IMG/VR virus record: IMGVR_UViG_3300036790_000419
Coordinates: 64,001-128,000 of that record
From: a virus
Strand: one strand, 5' to 3'
DNA length: 64,000 nt
Shown here: one piece after another, positions 54,672 through 64,000 of the stretch
Layout of the letters: each line of letters begins with the position of its first letter
How positions within the stretch are numbered: the first letter of the stretch is position 1
Program-made: the position numbers and the translations under genes
Notes under the pieces: model-generated
What the model was told of the DNA's origin: nothing
The model's database searches: none
The model's input: only the letters and a program-made list of their open reading frames with translations

Positions 54672-54698
54672 ATGCGTGCAGATAGGGCGGGGCTGTAA

Positions 54699-54929
54699 GT
54701 GGCGGGCAAGCACCGCAAGAAGACCCGTGATGAGGTAGCAGCGGACGACCTTCTGGAAGTTGAGCCTCAGCCGGGCATCGCAGCCATGGCCCAAGGGTTG
54801 CCGGAGGCCGGGGTTAGCCCGGCTGAGGAGTCACCAGAGCAGCCGGACAACCTGGCCACCGGCGGCGAGGCCCTGGAAGAGCAGCAGCAGAACCCGGACC
54901 TGGACGACACCTCCGGGGCGCACCCGTAG
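54699..54929 (+). CDS. Acidic hypothetical protein
   Basis: 76-aa ORF. Confidence 0.5.
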   Translation: MAGKHRKKTRDEVAADDLLEVEPQPGIAAMAQGLPEAGVSPAEESPEQPDNLATGGEALEEQQQNPDLDDTSGAHP

Positions 54930-54979
54930 CCTGCGCCGATTGTCCCGGCATCTGATCCCGAGAGGCCCAGGAGGCCCGC

Positions 54980-55591
54980 ATGCCGGATGACAGCGAATTG
55001 GATCGTATCGATCCACAGCCGGAGACCTGCAAGCTGTCGACCGGCTTCGAGGTCGACATCGTGCGGATGCGCACCCGCCAGTTCTTCCGCCTGCTGCGCG
55101 TGCTCACCCACGGGGCCGGCCCGGCGCTCACCCAGGCCGGGCTCGACTTCTCGGCCGGGGCGGAAGAGTTCGGCCAGAAGCTGCTGATGCTGGTGGTCAT
55201 GTCCATCCCCGACGCCGAGCAGGAGGCGATCGGCTTCCTCGCCTCCATGTGCCGTCCGGCGGGGGTCGTGGACAAGCCGGCCAGCCAGCTCACCAAGCAG
55301 GAGAACGAGGCCAACCAGGTCCTGTGGGACCGGTACGGCACCGAGCTGCACAACCCGGACCTGGAAGACACCCTTGACCTGATTGAGGTCATCGTCCGCC
55401 AGGAGGCCCCGGAGCTGCAGGCCCTGGGAAAAAAGCTGCAGCGGACACTGGAGGTGTTCCGCAAGACGGGCCAGGACAAGCAGCCGCCGGAGCCGGAGCC
55501 GGGCCCGCAGGAGATCAACTTGCCGGCGCGTTCGCGGCGGCGTTCGACGGCCTCAGCCATGAGTACGGATGGACCGACGAGTACGTCCTAG
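54980..55591 (+). CDS. Tail assembly chaperone (short form)
   Basis: Between tail tube and tape measure genes; slippery G GGA AAA AAG at 55426-55435. Confidence 0.85.
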   Translation: MPDDSELDRIDPQPETCKLSTGFEVDIVRMRTRQFFRLLRVLTHGAGPALTQAGLDFSAGAEEFGQKLLMLVVMSIPDAEQEAIGFLASMCRPAGVVDKPASQLTKQENEANQVLWDRYGTELHNPDLEDTLDLIEVIVRQEAPELQALGKKLQRTLEVFRKTGQDKQPPEPEPGPQEINLPARSRRRSTASAMSTDGPTSTS

Positions 55592-55989
55592 ACCTCCCGG
55601 TCTGCCGGCTGAGGCAGTGCCTGGAGGCCGCGGGGGCGCGACGCCGGCGGGAGCAGCTGGCACGGCTGCGGCTGGCCGAGTGGCAGGTGAAGACAGTGTG
55701 CCAGTTCATCGGCGCGCAGGCCGCGATCGACACGTCCAAGACCGGCGGGCGCAACCCGCTGGTGGAGATGGCCGCCTCCATTGACATCTTCGGCGACAAG
55801 TCGCCCGAGGAGCAGGAGCTGGACCGCATCCGCGGCCCGAAGGTCGCTGACTCGGTCGAAGACGACCCGCGGTTCGGCAAGGTGGCCGCTGACCCGGATG
55901 CCGGGATCGAGGCCAGCAACTCGGCCGGCTCGTACGAGGCGTTCATGACGCTCATGGGCGGCCCGCCGCCTGTCCCGGGAAGGGGGTGA
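54980..55989 (+). CDS. Tail assembly chaperone, -1 frameshift long form
   Basis: -1 frame open from 55426 to 55989 with FDGLSHEYGWTDEYVLDLP. Confidence 0.8.
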
Positions 55990-55998
55990 CGCCCCGCC

Positions 55999-56061
55999 AT
56001 GGCTTACGAAGGTCCGTCTTACTGGTACGTGATCTACAAGGCCGTGGGTTTACCCAGGTGA
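55999..56061 (+). CDS. 20-aa ORF, probable true N-terminus of the tape measure protein
   Basis: SD agggggtg; MAYEGPSYWYVIYKAVGLPR*. Confidence 0.55.
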   Translation: MAYEGPSYWYVIYKAVGLPR

Positions 56062-56074
56062 CTTCAGCGACCTG

Positions 56075-59000
56075 ATGCGGGACGCGGCCGAGGCCAAGGC
56101 CGCGCTGCAGGGCATGTCCGACGCGGTCAAGGCGGAAACCGCCGCTGAGGTGACCGGCTCTACGCAAGCCGCCACCGCGCGCCAGAAAGACATCGTCTCC
56201 ATCCAGCAGGAGACGCAGGCCCTGTCCCAGCTGGCCAACTCCGCCAAGCAGACCAACGTTCAGCTGCTCTACGGCGGCCGGAACGACATGACCCAGCACC
56301 TGAGCGACATGGCCCAGGAGCTGAATTACACCACGCTGCTCAACCGCCAGAAGTGGCTCGGGTTCTCCAGCGTGCAGCAGGCCATGTCGTACCGCCAGCA
56401 GATGTACAACCTGGCACTTCTCGAAAACAAGGCCCACTTTGCCGGGTACCTGACGGCCGACCAGTACCTGGGCTTCCTGCAGCGGGAGACCGCGCAGACC
56501 GCCGCGCTGTCCGCCGCCATCCGCGACCGCACCGCCGCCATCGGGTCCGAGACGGCGATGCTGCTCGCGCACACCAACGCCCTGCAGGGCACCAGTCAGA
56601 CGGCGGGCAGCCTCGGCGAGGGGCTGACCGCGGTCGGTGCCTACAACGCGGCGCTGGTCGGGCTGCCGGACACGGTGACCACCAAGGCCGTGCTGGACGA
56701 CAGCCAGGCGATGGCGCAGCTCGCCGCCTACCGGGCGGCGCTGACCGGGCTCCCGCACGCCGAGCGGATGGACATCGTGTCGGCGGCCACGCGCGCGGGA
56801 GGGGTCCCGCTCACCCCGCAGCGCGCCGCGGCGCCGGTCGCCGCGCACCCGGGCATCGACTACGCGTCGGTCAACCGCATGCTGTCGCAGGCGGCCAGCC
56901 AGGCCCGCCCGGCCGCGAGCGCGCCACTGGCCCTCGGCGCCGCCGGGCAGTCCGGTGACGCCTTGTCGGCTGCCTCCGGCGAGGCCAGCGCGCTCGCGGC
57001 GTCGGTGTCGGCACTGAGCGACAAGGCCGCTGTCTCCGCCGACGCGATCCGCAAGTTCCAGGACTCGCTCATGCTCGCCGCGGTGGACGCCCGCGCGCTG
57101 GAGCAGGGGCTGGGCCGCCTGACCGCCGCCGAGCAACTGCTCAGCGAGGCCAGCGGCAAGTTCGGCAGCGCCCAGGTGGGGCGCAGCAACCGGCGCAGGC
57201 AGCTCAGCCCGCAGGAGAGCCAGCAGGGTATCGCGGACGTCGCCGGGCTGCAGGACATCACCGGGGCGCTGCGCGGCGGGGAGATGTCCAATGCGCCGCG
57301 CGGCTACCCGCTGCCCGCGCCCGGCATGCGGATTGTCCCGCCCGCGCAGGGGGGCGGGGAGCAGGACCTGTGGGGCGCGCTCAGCAAGTACATGCAGCCG
57401 GCCAAGGCGGCAGCGCAGGTCAGCGTCGAGGGCGGCGAGCAGTCCGAGGCCGTGCTGGACAAGATCGCCGTCCAGATGCAGTGGCTGGACAAGGAGGACG
57501 CCCGGCCGCGCCTGGACCTGGAGGGCGGCCAGCAGGCCGTTACCGAGGCGGACCTGCTGGCCCGCGAGCTGGCCGAGCTGGACACGCGGTCGCGGCTGAA
57601 CGTCGGCATCGGCTTCGAGGAGGTCGAGCAGGCCCGCCTGGAGACGGAGGCACTGGGCGAGGACCTGGCCGGCCTGCCCCGGGAAGTGGACACCGTGCTG
57701 GTGGTCGAGTCCAGCGGCGCGACGCGCGAAGTCCGCGACTACACCCGCGACATCCAGGACATCGAGCGCGAAGTGGGCACCCGCGCCGACTTCGAGGACG
57801 CTGACGCCGAGAACGGCCTGTCGCGGTACCTGACGGCGCTCATCGAGGCGGTGCAGCACAAGTACGAGTTCTACGCCAGCTTCGATGACACCGCCGCCAA
57901 GGAGGAGCTGAGCGGCTGGATCCGGGAACTGGAGGAGGCCCGGGCGCAGGAGAACCGCATCACCGCCGGCATGGGCGGTGCCTCCGGCGGCGGGGGCGGG
58001 GGCGGGCCGCCAGCGGGAGCAGCCGGCGCGGGCGACGCGCCAGACCCGGGTGACGCCCGGGCGTGGGAGGAAATCGCCAAGGCGATGCGCGACGCGGACC
58101 AGTCCGCGATCGACGCCAACCGCGCCCTGTACGACGTCAAGGCCGGGCTCGGCGGGATGGCCGACCCCGCCGCCAAGGCTGCCTCCGCGCTGAAGGCCGA
58201 GGGCGACGCCGCCGTCTACATGGGCTGGCGCATCGGGCTGCTGCGCACGCAGGTCCAGCTCTGGTCGGGCGTCTTCGGGGACACCAAGCTCATCGGCGAG
58301 GTGGCCCTGTGGCACATCCTGCTGGACAGCGTCGTGGAGGTGCTGGCCCTGTGGGTGCCCGCCCTGGCGACCGCCGCGGCCGGGCTCATCGCGTTCGGCG
58401 CGGCCGGCTACCAGTCTTTTAAAGAGATAACCCAGCAGTGGATGACCCTGAGCACGGTCGGCACCGCGCTCAACACGACGATCCCGCCGCTGACTGACAG
58501 CTTCGCCAAGCTGCAGGCCGCGGTCCGGCCGCAGGTTTACGAGCTGCTCGGCGACTACCTGACCGCAGCGGGCGACAAGACCGGCGTCCTCGGCCAGCTC
58601 ATCAACGAGACTGGCAGCTACCTCGACAAGTTCGCCGCCAAGGTCGTCGTCGCCATGCAGTCCGGCGGGACCGGGCTGCAGGACTTCCTGTCGGCCGGCG
58701 CGAAGGACCTCGCGCTCATCGGCCAGGGGTTCGCATCCCTGGGCGTCATCGTCGTCAAGTTCATCCAGGCCACGGCCATCACGCACATCGCCGAGGACCT
58801 GGCCGCGGTCGGCGACCTCATCCTCAGGGTCGCCGCCGACGTCGTGTCGATCGTGCCGACGCCGGTCCTGGCCCTCGTGCTGGCCCTGCACGGCGTCATC
58901 CTGTGGGGCGGCCTGGCGGCCGATGCCGTGGGCAAGGTGGTCATCGGCGTGGCCGGGCTGGCCGGCAAGCTGCCCGCCCTCAGCGCCGGGGCGGAGGCCG

Positions 59001-62000
59001 TAGCCCGCGCGCTGGGCGCGACCAACACCCAGCTGGTCAGTATCGCCAGGAGCAGCACCGAGGTCAGTGCCGTCTCCGACATGATGGGGGCGAAGGCCAG
59101 CGAGGAGGAGCTGGCCCAGCTCGCGATCTCCATCAAGGCCACCGGGCAGAGCGTCGAGGAGTTCGTGGCCTCGGCCGGCACCACCTCAGCGGCGCGGCTT
59201 GAGAGGTTCAGCACCGGGCTGGACGACGCGGGCAAGAAGTCCGTCGCCCTGGGCATCGCCGCCGGCGCGAGCGACACCCAGCTGGCCGGGATGGCCACCC
59301 GGCTGGGCGGCACCGCTGAGGAAGCGGGCGCGCTGGCCATCGAGGGCGGCGCGGCGGCCGAGGCGGTCGGCGCGGGCGGGGGCGGGCTGCTGGCCGCGCT
59401 CGGCAACCTTGTCCCGGTGCTGGGCAACGCCTACGTCGACCTCGGCCTGCTCGCTGCCGCCCTGGTCGGCCTCGGGGTGTACCTGGGGACCCGGGCCGAC
59501 CAGACTAAGCAGTTCACCGACGCCATGGGGCAGGCCGTCGAGAAGGCGTCGCTGCTCACGGTGATTTCCACCACGGTCGGCAACCTGGCCGAGGTCACCA
59601 CCACCCTCAACAAGGCCCAGGCCACCGGCGTCGGCAACGCCAGCGAGCTGGCCGCCTCCCAGTCCGACCTGTCCGGCAAGCTCCAGGAGGAGCTGACCCA
59701 CGTCGGCGACGTGTCCAAGGCCTACGGGACGAACTTCGTCGGCTCACTGGCACTGATGAACGCCGCCGGCGTCACCACCAACCAGCTGTTCACCACCCAG
59801 GCAGGCGTCTGGGCCGTGGCGATGCAGCAGGTCAAGGGCCTCATCTCCGGCTACCAGGCCATGGGCCAGCAGATGGGGGCGGTCGGCGAGGACCTCAACG
59901 CGCTGAACCTGCAGAACTCGGCGCAGGCCGCGTCGATGGACAAGCTCAACCAGGCCTACGACGCGTGGACCAAGACCGTCGGCCAGGGCCCGAGCGCGTT
60001 CATCTCCATGGCCCAGGGCTTCGCCACCTTCCAGAAGGACGCGGCAGCGGCCGGGGCCTCGATGTCCGGCCTGAGCGCCACCAGCCTCACCCTGCAGAGC
60101 GACTTCCAGGCCAGCTACGGCGATGTCGAGTCCCTGTTCGACGCGTTCCGCAACGACCAGGCGCTCACCGGCACCGGTGACTTCACGTCCTTCGTCAAGG
60201 ACGCCGTCGCCCAGCTGATTCCCATGGCGGGCGGGTCCAAGGAGGCCGCGGCCCAGATCTCGGCGCTGGCCCAGGAGGCCGGCGGCCCGGCCACGACCAG
60301 CATCAAGACCCTGCAGCAGTGGGTCGGCAACATCACTGACCCGCTGCAGAAGATGTACGACGCGACCAACAGCGAGTCGGACGCCGCCTCCAACCTGAGC
60401 CAGGACGCCGCCCGGCTGACTAACACGCTGCAGCAGCAGCTCAACCCCGCCATGGCGAGCGCCATCTTCAACGCGCACGGCGGCCAGGGGGTCTTCAACG
60501 CGTTCGCTGACGCGCTGGCTAAGTCCGGCCCGTCCAGCGCGGCCACCGTGACAGCGGCACACAACGTGGCCGCCGAGCTGCTGGCGGTGTCCGGCACCAG
60601 TGCGAGCGCCAAAGCCAGTTTCGTCGGCTTCGGCGAAGCGATGGGGCTGAGCACCAAGAAGGCCAACGCGCTGTGGGCTCAGGTCACCGCGCTCCCGAAG
60701 AACGTCACGACCACCTACGAGCTGGACGCCACCGAGGCGCTCAAGAAGGCGGCCAAGCTCCAGGCCGAGCTACCGGGACTTACCGGGAAGAAAAAGCTTG
60801 AGGTCGAGGCACAGATCAAGGACCTGAAGCTGCAGGCCCTGCAGGACAAGCTCAAGGCGGCCAAGGGCGACGTCTCCGACCTCGACAACGCGAGCCTGAG
60901 CAAGCTGCGCGGCGAGCTGGCGAAGACGGCCAGCTCCACAGCGAACCTGGTCAAGCCGGGCGAGACCGACACGATTCTCAAGTCGTTCAAGGACGGCACG
61001 TTCTACGAGGCGACGTTCCTCGCCTTCATCCCCCAGGTGCAGCGCGGCCTGGAGGTCATGAACCACGCGATCGGCCAGTTCTTCGTTCACGACATCCCGG
61101 AGGCACTCGGCGTCACCGGCCACGCCTTCGAGGCGGCGTGGGACGGGATGGTCAACTGGTTCACCCAGTCGGTGCCGCACGCGCTGGAAGCCGCCTGGGA
61201 CACGGTCTCCGGCTTCTTTGACCGGGCGTTCACGCACGACATCCCCGAGGCCTGGGACCGGGCCTGGAACGACCTGGTCTCCCCGGTGACCCACGCGTTC
61301 GACTCGGTGAAAACCTGGGTCTCCTCCAATTTCGACAACTGGTGGAAGACTCACGGCAGCGCCGTCGAGGCAGTCTGGAACGCGGTCTGGGGGCAGGTCC
61401 GCGGTGACGCCCTCGCCGCGTGGCACTTCATCGAGTCCGACGCGACTACCGCCTGGCACGTCGTCACCGCCCTGTTCACCAGCGGGCCCGCCAAGCAGCT
61501 CTGGAGCGGGTTCGCCAGTGCCGGCAAGGACGTCTGGAACGGGTTCACCGGGGCTGCCCGGGCCGCCTGGGGCCTGGCGGTCGCCGGCGCCAAGGGCGCG
61601 CTGAGCAACATCGAGGCCGTCTTCAAGGCCGGCTGGGCCGTCGTCGCCGCGCTCGGCAAGTCCGCCTGGGACCTGCTTTCGAATTTCATCGTTGCCGACG
61701 TGAAATCCGCCGCAGCCGTGGTCGAGGCCGTCTTCAAGGTGGCCTGGGCCGTGGTGGAGGCCGCGGGCAAGATCATCTGGGACACCCTGGTCCTGGTAAT
61801 CAACGAGTTCCTGGACATCGTCACCGGCCACTGGCAGACCGCGTGGAAAGACCTGCAGGCCTACGCCGTTCAGGTGTGGAACGCGATCAGGACCGCCGGC
61901 ATCCAGGTGTGGAACGCGCTTTCGAGTGCGGCCACCCAGGTCTGGAACAACATCTGGAACGCGGTCAAGACCTCGGCCACCCAGGTCTGGAACGCGCTGC

Positions 62001-64000
62001 GCACCGGCGGCCAGCAGGCGTGGTCCGCGATCTGGCACTCGCTGGACGCCACGGTCATCCAGCCGATGCAGCGGTTTTTCACCGGCACCGTCCCCGGCTG
62101 GTGGAACTCGCTGGCAGGCAAGTGGAAGTCCATGTGGTCGAGCGCGTGGACCACCTTCAACAGCGACATCCTGAGCCCGATCGAGAAGTTCTTCACCTCA
62201 ACGCTGCCGACCGCGATGGAGAACTCCCTCAAGGGCGGCATCAACCACGTCATCGACGACATCAACAAGGTCATCGGCTTCATCAACGCCGTGACCTCGG
62301 TGGTGGGCGTCCACATCGGCACCATCTCCCACCTGGCGTCGGGCGGCGCGGTGCGGATGGCCGCGGGCTCGGTGCCGGGCACCGGCGACGAGGACGGCAC
62401 GCACATCATCGCCATGGGCGGCGAGTACATGCTGCGCAAGCCCGCCCGGATGGCGCTGCAGCAGGAGTACGGGCCAGGCTTCCTGGACCGCCTGAACCAG
62501 GCGGACAGCTGGCTGGGCGCCGGCTCGCGCGGCAACGCGGCGTCGCAGCGCCGCCCCGGCGGCGGCCGGTACGCCAGTGGCGGCGGGATCCTCGGTGACA
62601 TCGGCAACTGGGTCGGCGACGCGGCCAGCGCCGTGGCGGGGGCGGCCACCGACGTCTGGCACGGGATCAGCGACGCGGCCGGCGAGGTGGCCAAGTTCGG
62701 CGAGAAGGCCGTCTTCAACGCGATGTGGACCGTCTCCGGCGCCCCGGCGGAAAAGGCCATGGAGGCACTCGGCACCCCTGGCGACATGGGCGCGTCCTGG
62801 CTGCAGCAGGTCCACAACGGCGTCGAAACCTGGATGACCGCCCAGACCTCGAAGGCCGCGGCCCAGGCCGGCGGCCCGGCCGGCGGCGCGACCGGCAGCG
62901 ACATGGCCAACGGCCGGGAGCTGTACAACTACCTGCTGAGGAACCTGTTCGGCGGGAACAAGATAGCGGCGGCCGGGGCAGCTGCTAGCATCTGGGGCGA
63001 AAGTTCCTGGAACCCGTTCGCGCAGGGTACCGGGGGCCGCGGCCTGATCGGCTGGACCCCGCCGAGCACCATCAGCGACGCCGACTTCAAGGGCGGCATG
63101 GCCACCCAGCTGCCGGCCATCCTGCGGTTCGTGACCTCCAGCGGGGACGCCGGCGTCATCGCGGAGATGTTCCAGGCTGGCAGCGTGCTGCAGGCGGCCA
63201 ACGAGTGGGGGGTGGGCGTCGAGCGGTTCGGCATCAACGACGTGCACCCGGAGGGCGTCGCGCTGGCGTCCTCGTTCATGGCGGGCGGCGGGCCGGTGGC
63301 GGACGCGATCCGGTCGGTGACCTCCAACCTCAGCAACCAGGAGGCGATGGCAGTCAGCTCCTGGCTGCTGACCAGGATGAACCCGGCCGGGTCTGACACC
63401 GCGCACGGGGCGTACGGCGCGTGGCTGCTGCCGCTGGCCAGGAACAAGGGCCTCACCCAGGCGCAGGCGCAGAACCCGCTGACCGAGGCACGCCTGGTGG
63501 CCCCTGTCTACGCCAAGGCGGTTCTCGGGTCCACCCCGGCCGCCTGGAAGGCGACCCCCGCGCAGGCGGCGGAGAAGGCCTACGCGGCGGCGAGCCAGTC
63601 CCTGGGCGTCCGCTGGGCCACCCCGGCCGCCGGCACCCTGGCGGCGGCCTGGAACGCCGTCTCCCAGGCACTCGGCCCGGCCGTGCCGCAGACCACCGCG
63701 GGCACCAGCTCCGCAAGCACCGCGGCCTACCAGGCCGCCGCCGCGCAGTTGTACCCCGACTGGGAGGGCGCGCTCGGCCCGTGGCACAGCCTGTACGCGC
63801 TAAAGCAGCCCAAGGGCACCCCGGCCGCGGACTGGGCGACGTGGCTGGCGCAGCGCGCCGTCGTGCAGAACCGGGTGGGCACCGCCAGCAGCTACATCGC
63901 GCCGCTGTTCACCGACCTGAAGGCCAACCCGCAGGAGCTGACGGCGGCCACGTGGTCGAACGCCGACTCCTCGGTCCGGCGCTGGCAGGCGGCGATGGAC
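56075..64000 (+). CDS. Tape measure protein (>2600 aa, truncated by window) with tail-lysozyme-like domain
   Basis: Ala-rich frame consistent at spot checks to window end; W-periodic repeats ~61100-62200; ASIWGESSWNP...GRGLIGWT near 62990-63060. Confidence 0.9.
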   Translation, partial: MRDAAEAKAALQGMSDAVKAETAAEVTGSTQAATARQKDIVSIQQETQALSQLANSAKQTNVQLLYGGRNDMTQHLSDMAQELNYTTLLNRQKWLGFSSVQQAMSYRQQMYNLALLENKAHFAGYLTADQYLGFLQRETAQTAALSAAIRDRTAAIGSETAMLLAHTNALQGTSQTAGSLGEGLTAVGAYNAALVGLPDTVTTKAVLDDSQAMAQLAAYRAALTGLPHAERMDIVSAATRAGGVPLTPQRAAAPVAAHPGIDYASVNRMLSQAASQARPAASAPLALGAAGQSGDALSAASGEASALAASVSALSDKAAVSADAIRKFQDSLMLAAVDARALEQGLGRLTAAEQLLSEASGKFGSAQVGRSNRRRQLSPQESQQGIADVAGLQDITGALRGGEMSNAPRGYPLPAPGMRIVPPAQGGGEQDLWGALSKYMQPAKAAAQVSVEGGEQSEAVLDKIAVQMQWLDKEDARPRLDLEGGQQAVTEADLLARELAELDTRSRLNVGIGFEEVEQARLETEALGEDLAGLPREVDTVLVVESSGATREVRDYTRDIQDIEREVGTRADFEDADAENGLSRYLTALIEAVQHKYEFYASFDDTAAKEELSGWIRELEEARAQENRITAGMGGASGGGGGGGPPAGAAGAGDAPDPGDARAWEEIAKAMRDADQSAIDANRALYDVKAGLGGMADPAAKAASALKAEGDAAVYMGWRIGLLRTQVQLWSGVFGDTKLIGEVALWHILLDSVVEVLALWVPALATAAAGLIAFGAAGYQSFKEITQQWMTLSTVGTALNTTIPPLTDSFAKLQAAVRPQVYELLGDYLTAAGDKTGVLGQLINETGSYLDKFAAKVVVAMQSGGTGLQDFLSAGAKDLALIGQGFASLGVIVVKFIQATAITHIAEDLAAVGDLILRVAADVVSIVPTPVLALVLALHGVILWGGLAADAVGKVVIGVAGLAGKLPALSAGAEAVARALGATNTQLVSIARSSTEVSAVSDMMGAKASEEELAQLAISIKATGQSVEEFVASAGTTSAARLERFSTGLDDAGKKSVALGIAAGASDTQLAGMATRLGGTAEEAGALAIEGGAAAEAVGAGGGGLLAALGNLVPVLGNAYVDLGLLAAALVGLGVYLGTRADQTKQFTDAMGQAVEKASLLTVISTTVGNLAEVTTTLNKAQATGVGNASELAASQSDLSGKLQEELTHVGDVSKAYGTNFVGSLALMNAAGVTTNQLFTTQAGVWAVAMQQVKGLISGYQAMGQQMGAVGEDLNALNLQNSAQAASMDKLNQAYDAWTKTVGQGPSAFISMAQGFATFQKDAAAAGASMSGLSATSLTLQSDFQASYGDVESLFDAFRNDQALTGTGDFTSFVKDAVAQLIPMAGGSKEAAAQISALAQEAGGPATTSIKTLQQWVGNITDPLQKMYDATNSESDAASNLSQDAARLTNTLQQQLNPAMASAIFNAHGGQGVFNAFADALAKSGPSSAATVTAAHNVAAELLAVSGTSASAKASFVGFGEAMGLSTKKANALWAQVTALPKNVTTTYELDATEALKKAAKLQAELPGLTGKKKLEVEAQIKDLKLQALQDKLKAAKGDVSDLDNASLSKLRGELAKTASSTANLVKPGETDTILKSFKDGTFYEATFLAFIPQVQRGLEVMNHAIGQFFVHDIPEALGVTGHAFEAAWDGMVNWFTQSVPHALEAAWDTVSGFFDRAFTHDIPEAWDRAWNDLVSPVTHAFDSVKTWVSSNFDNWWKTHGSAVEAVWNAVWGQVRGDALAAWHFIESDATTAWHVVTALFTSGPAKQLWSGFASAGKDVWNGFTGAARAAWGLAVAGAKGALSNIEAVFKAGWAVVAALGKSAWDLLSNFIVADVKSAAAVVEAVFKVAWAVVEAAGKIIWDTLVLVINEFLDIVTGHWQTAWKDLQAYAVQVWNAIRTAGIQVWNALSSAATQVWNNIWNAVKTSATQVWNALRTGGQQAWSAIWHSLDATVIQPMQRFFTGTVPGWWNSLAGKWKSMWSSAWTTFNSDILSPIEKFFTSTLPTAMENSLKGGINHVIDDINKVIGFINAVTSVVGVHIGTISHLASGGAVRMAAGSVPGTGDEDGTHIIAMGGEYMLRKPARMALQQEYGPGFLDRLNQADSWLGAGSRGNAASQRRPGGGRYASGGGILGDIGNWVGDAASAVAGAATDVWHGISDAAGEVAKFGEKAVFNAMWTVSGAPAEKAMEALGTPGDMGASWLQQVHNGVETWMTAQTSKAAAQAGGPAGGATGSDMANGRELYNYLLRNLFGGNKIAAAGAAASIWGESSWNPFAQGTGGRGLIGWTPPSTISDADFKGGMATQLPAILRFVTSSGDAGVIAEMFQAGSVLQAANEWGVGVERFGINDVHPEGVALASSFMAGGGPVADAIRSVTSNLSNQEAMAVSSWLLTRMNPAGSDTAHGAYGAWLLPLARNKGLTQAQAQNPLTEARLVAPVYAKAVLGSTPAAWKATPAQAAEKAYAAASQSLGVRWATPAAGTLAAAWNAVSQALGPAVPQTTAGTSSASTAAYQAAAAQLYPDWEGALGPWHSLYALKQPKGTPAADWATWLAQRAVVQNRVGTASSYIAPLFTDLKANPQELTAATWSNADSSVRRWQAAMD

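Noticed and set aside
55952-63787. Long minus-strand ORFs (for example 979 aa and 529 aa) and many similar ones across the window
   Set aside because: Antisense shadows of GC3-rich + strand genes; no motifs or SD

Overview
64 kb slice of a large, GC-rich (roughly 70% by eye) tailed actinobacterial phage genome; almost all genes are on the + strand. Order: recombination/replication module (RuvC, RecA, DUF932-like, split Rad50/SbcC plus Mre11/SbcD, Cas4-like nuclease, beta clamp, clamp loader) with an embedded GH25 endolysin; a 987-aa radical SAM/DUF2344 fusion; methyl- and glycosyltransferases; terminase; a ~5 kb array of 33 tRNA genes covering all 20 amino acids; portal, MuF, protease/scaffold, decoration and major capsid genes; neck and tail genes; two free-standing HNH endonucleases; cell-wall enzymes (LysM-Rpf, papain-like); a frameshifting tail chaperone; and a tape measure gene running off the window end. 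Most unusual signals: (1) position-specific C-for-U substitutions in the tRNAs (C33 in 10 of 33, C55 in 3, ten C:A stem mismatches), suggesting C-to-U editing or anticodon-nuclease escape, possibly linked to the rSAM-DUF2344 enzyme; (2) two circularly permuted, anticodon-less tRNA mimics (YrlA-like) between tRNAs; (3) three promoter classes: sigA-type with a palindromic CTTGAC-N4-GTCAAG operator, a CGTAGTA class, and a CCGATTA-N7-start leaderless late class; (4) a tape measure gene whose apparent N-terminus is out of frame at TTA CCC AGG TGA. All family calls come from motif recognition by eye, not database searches.
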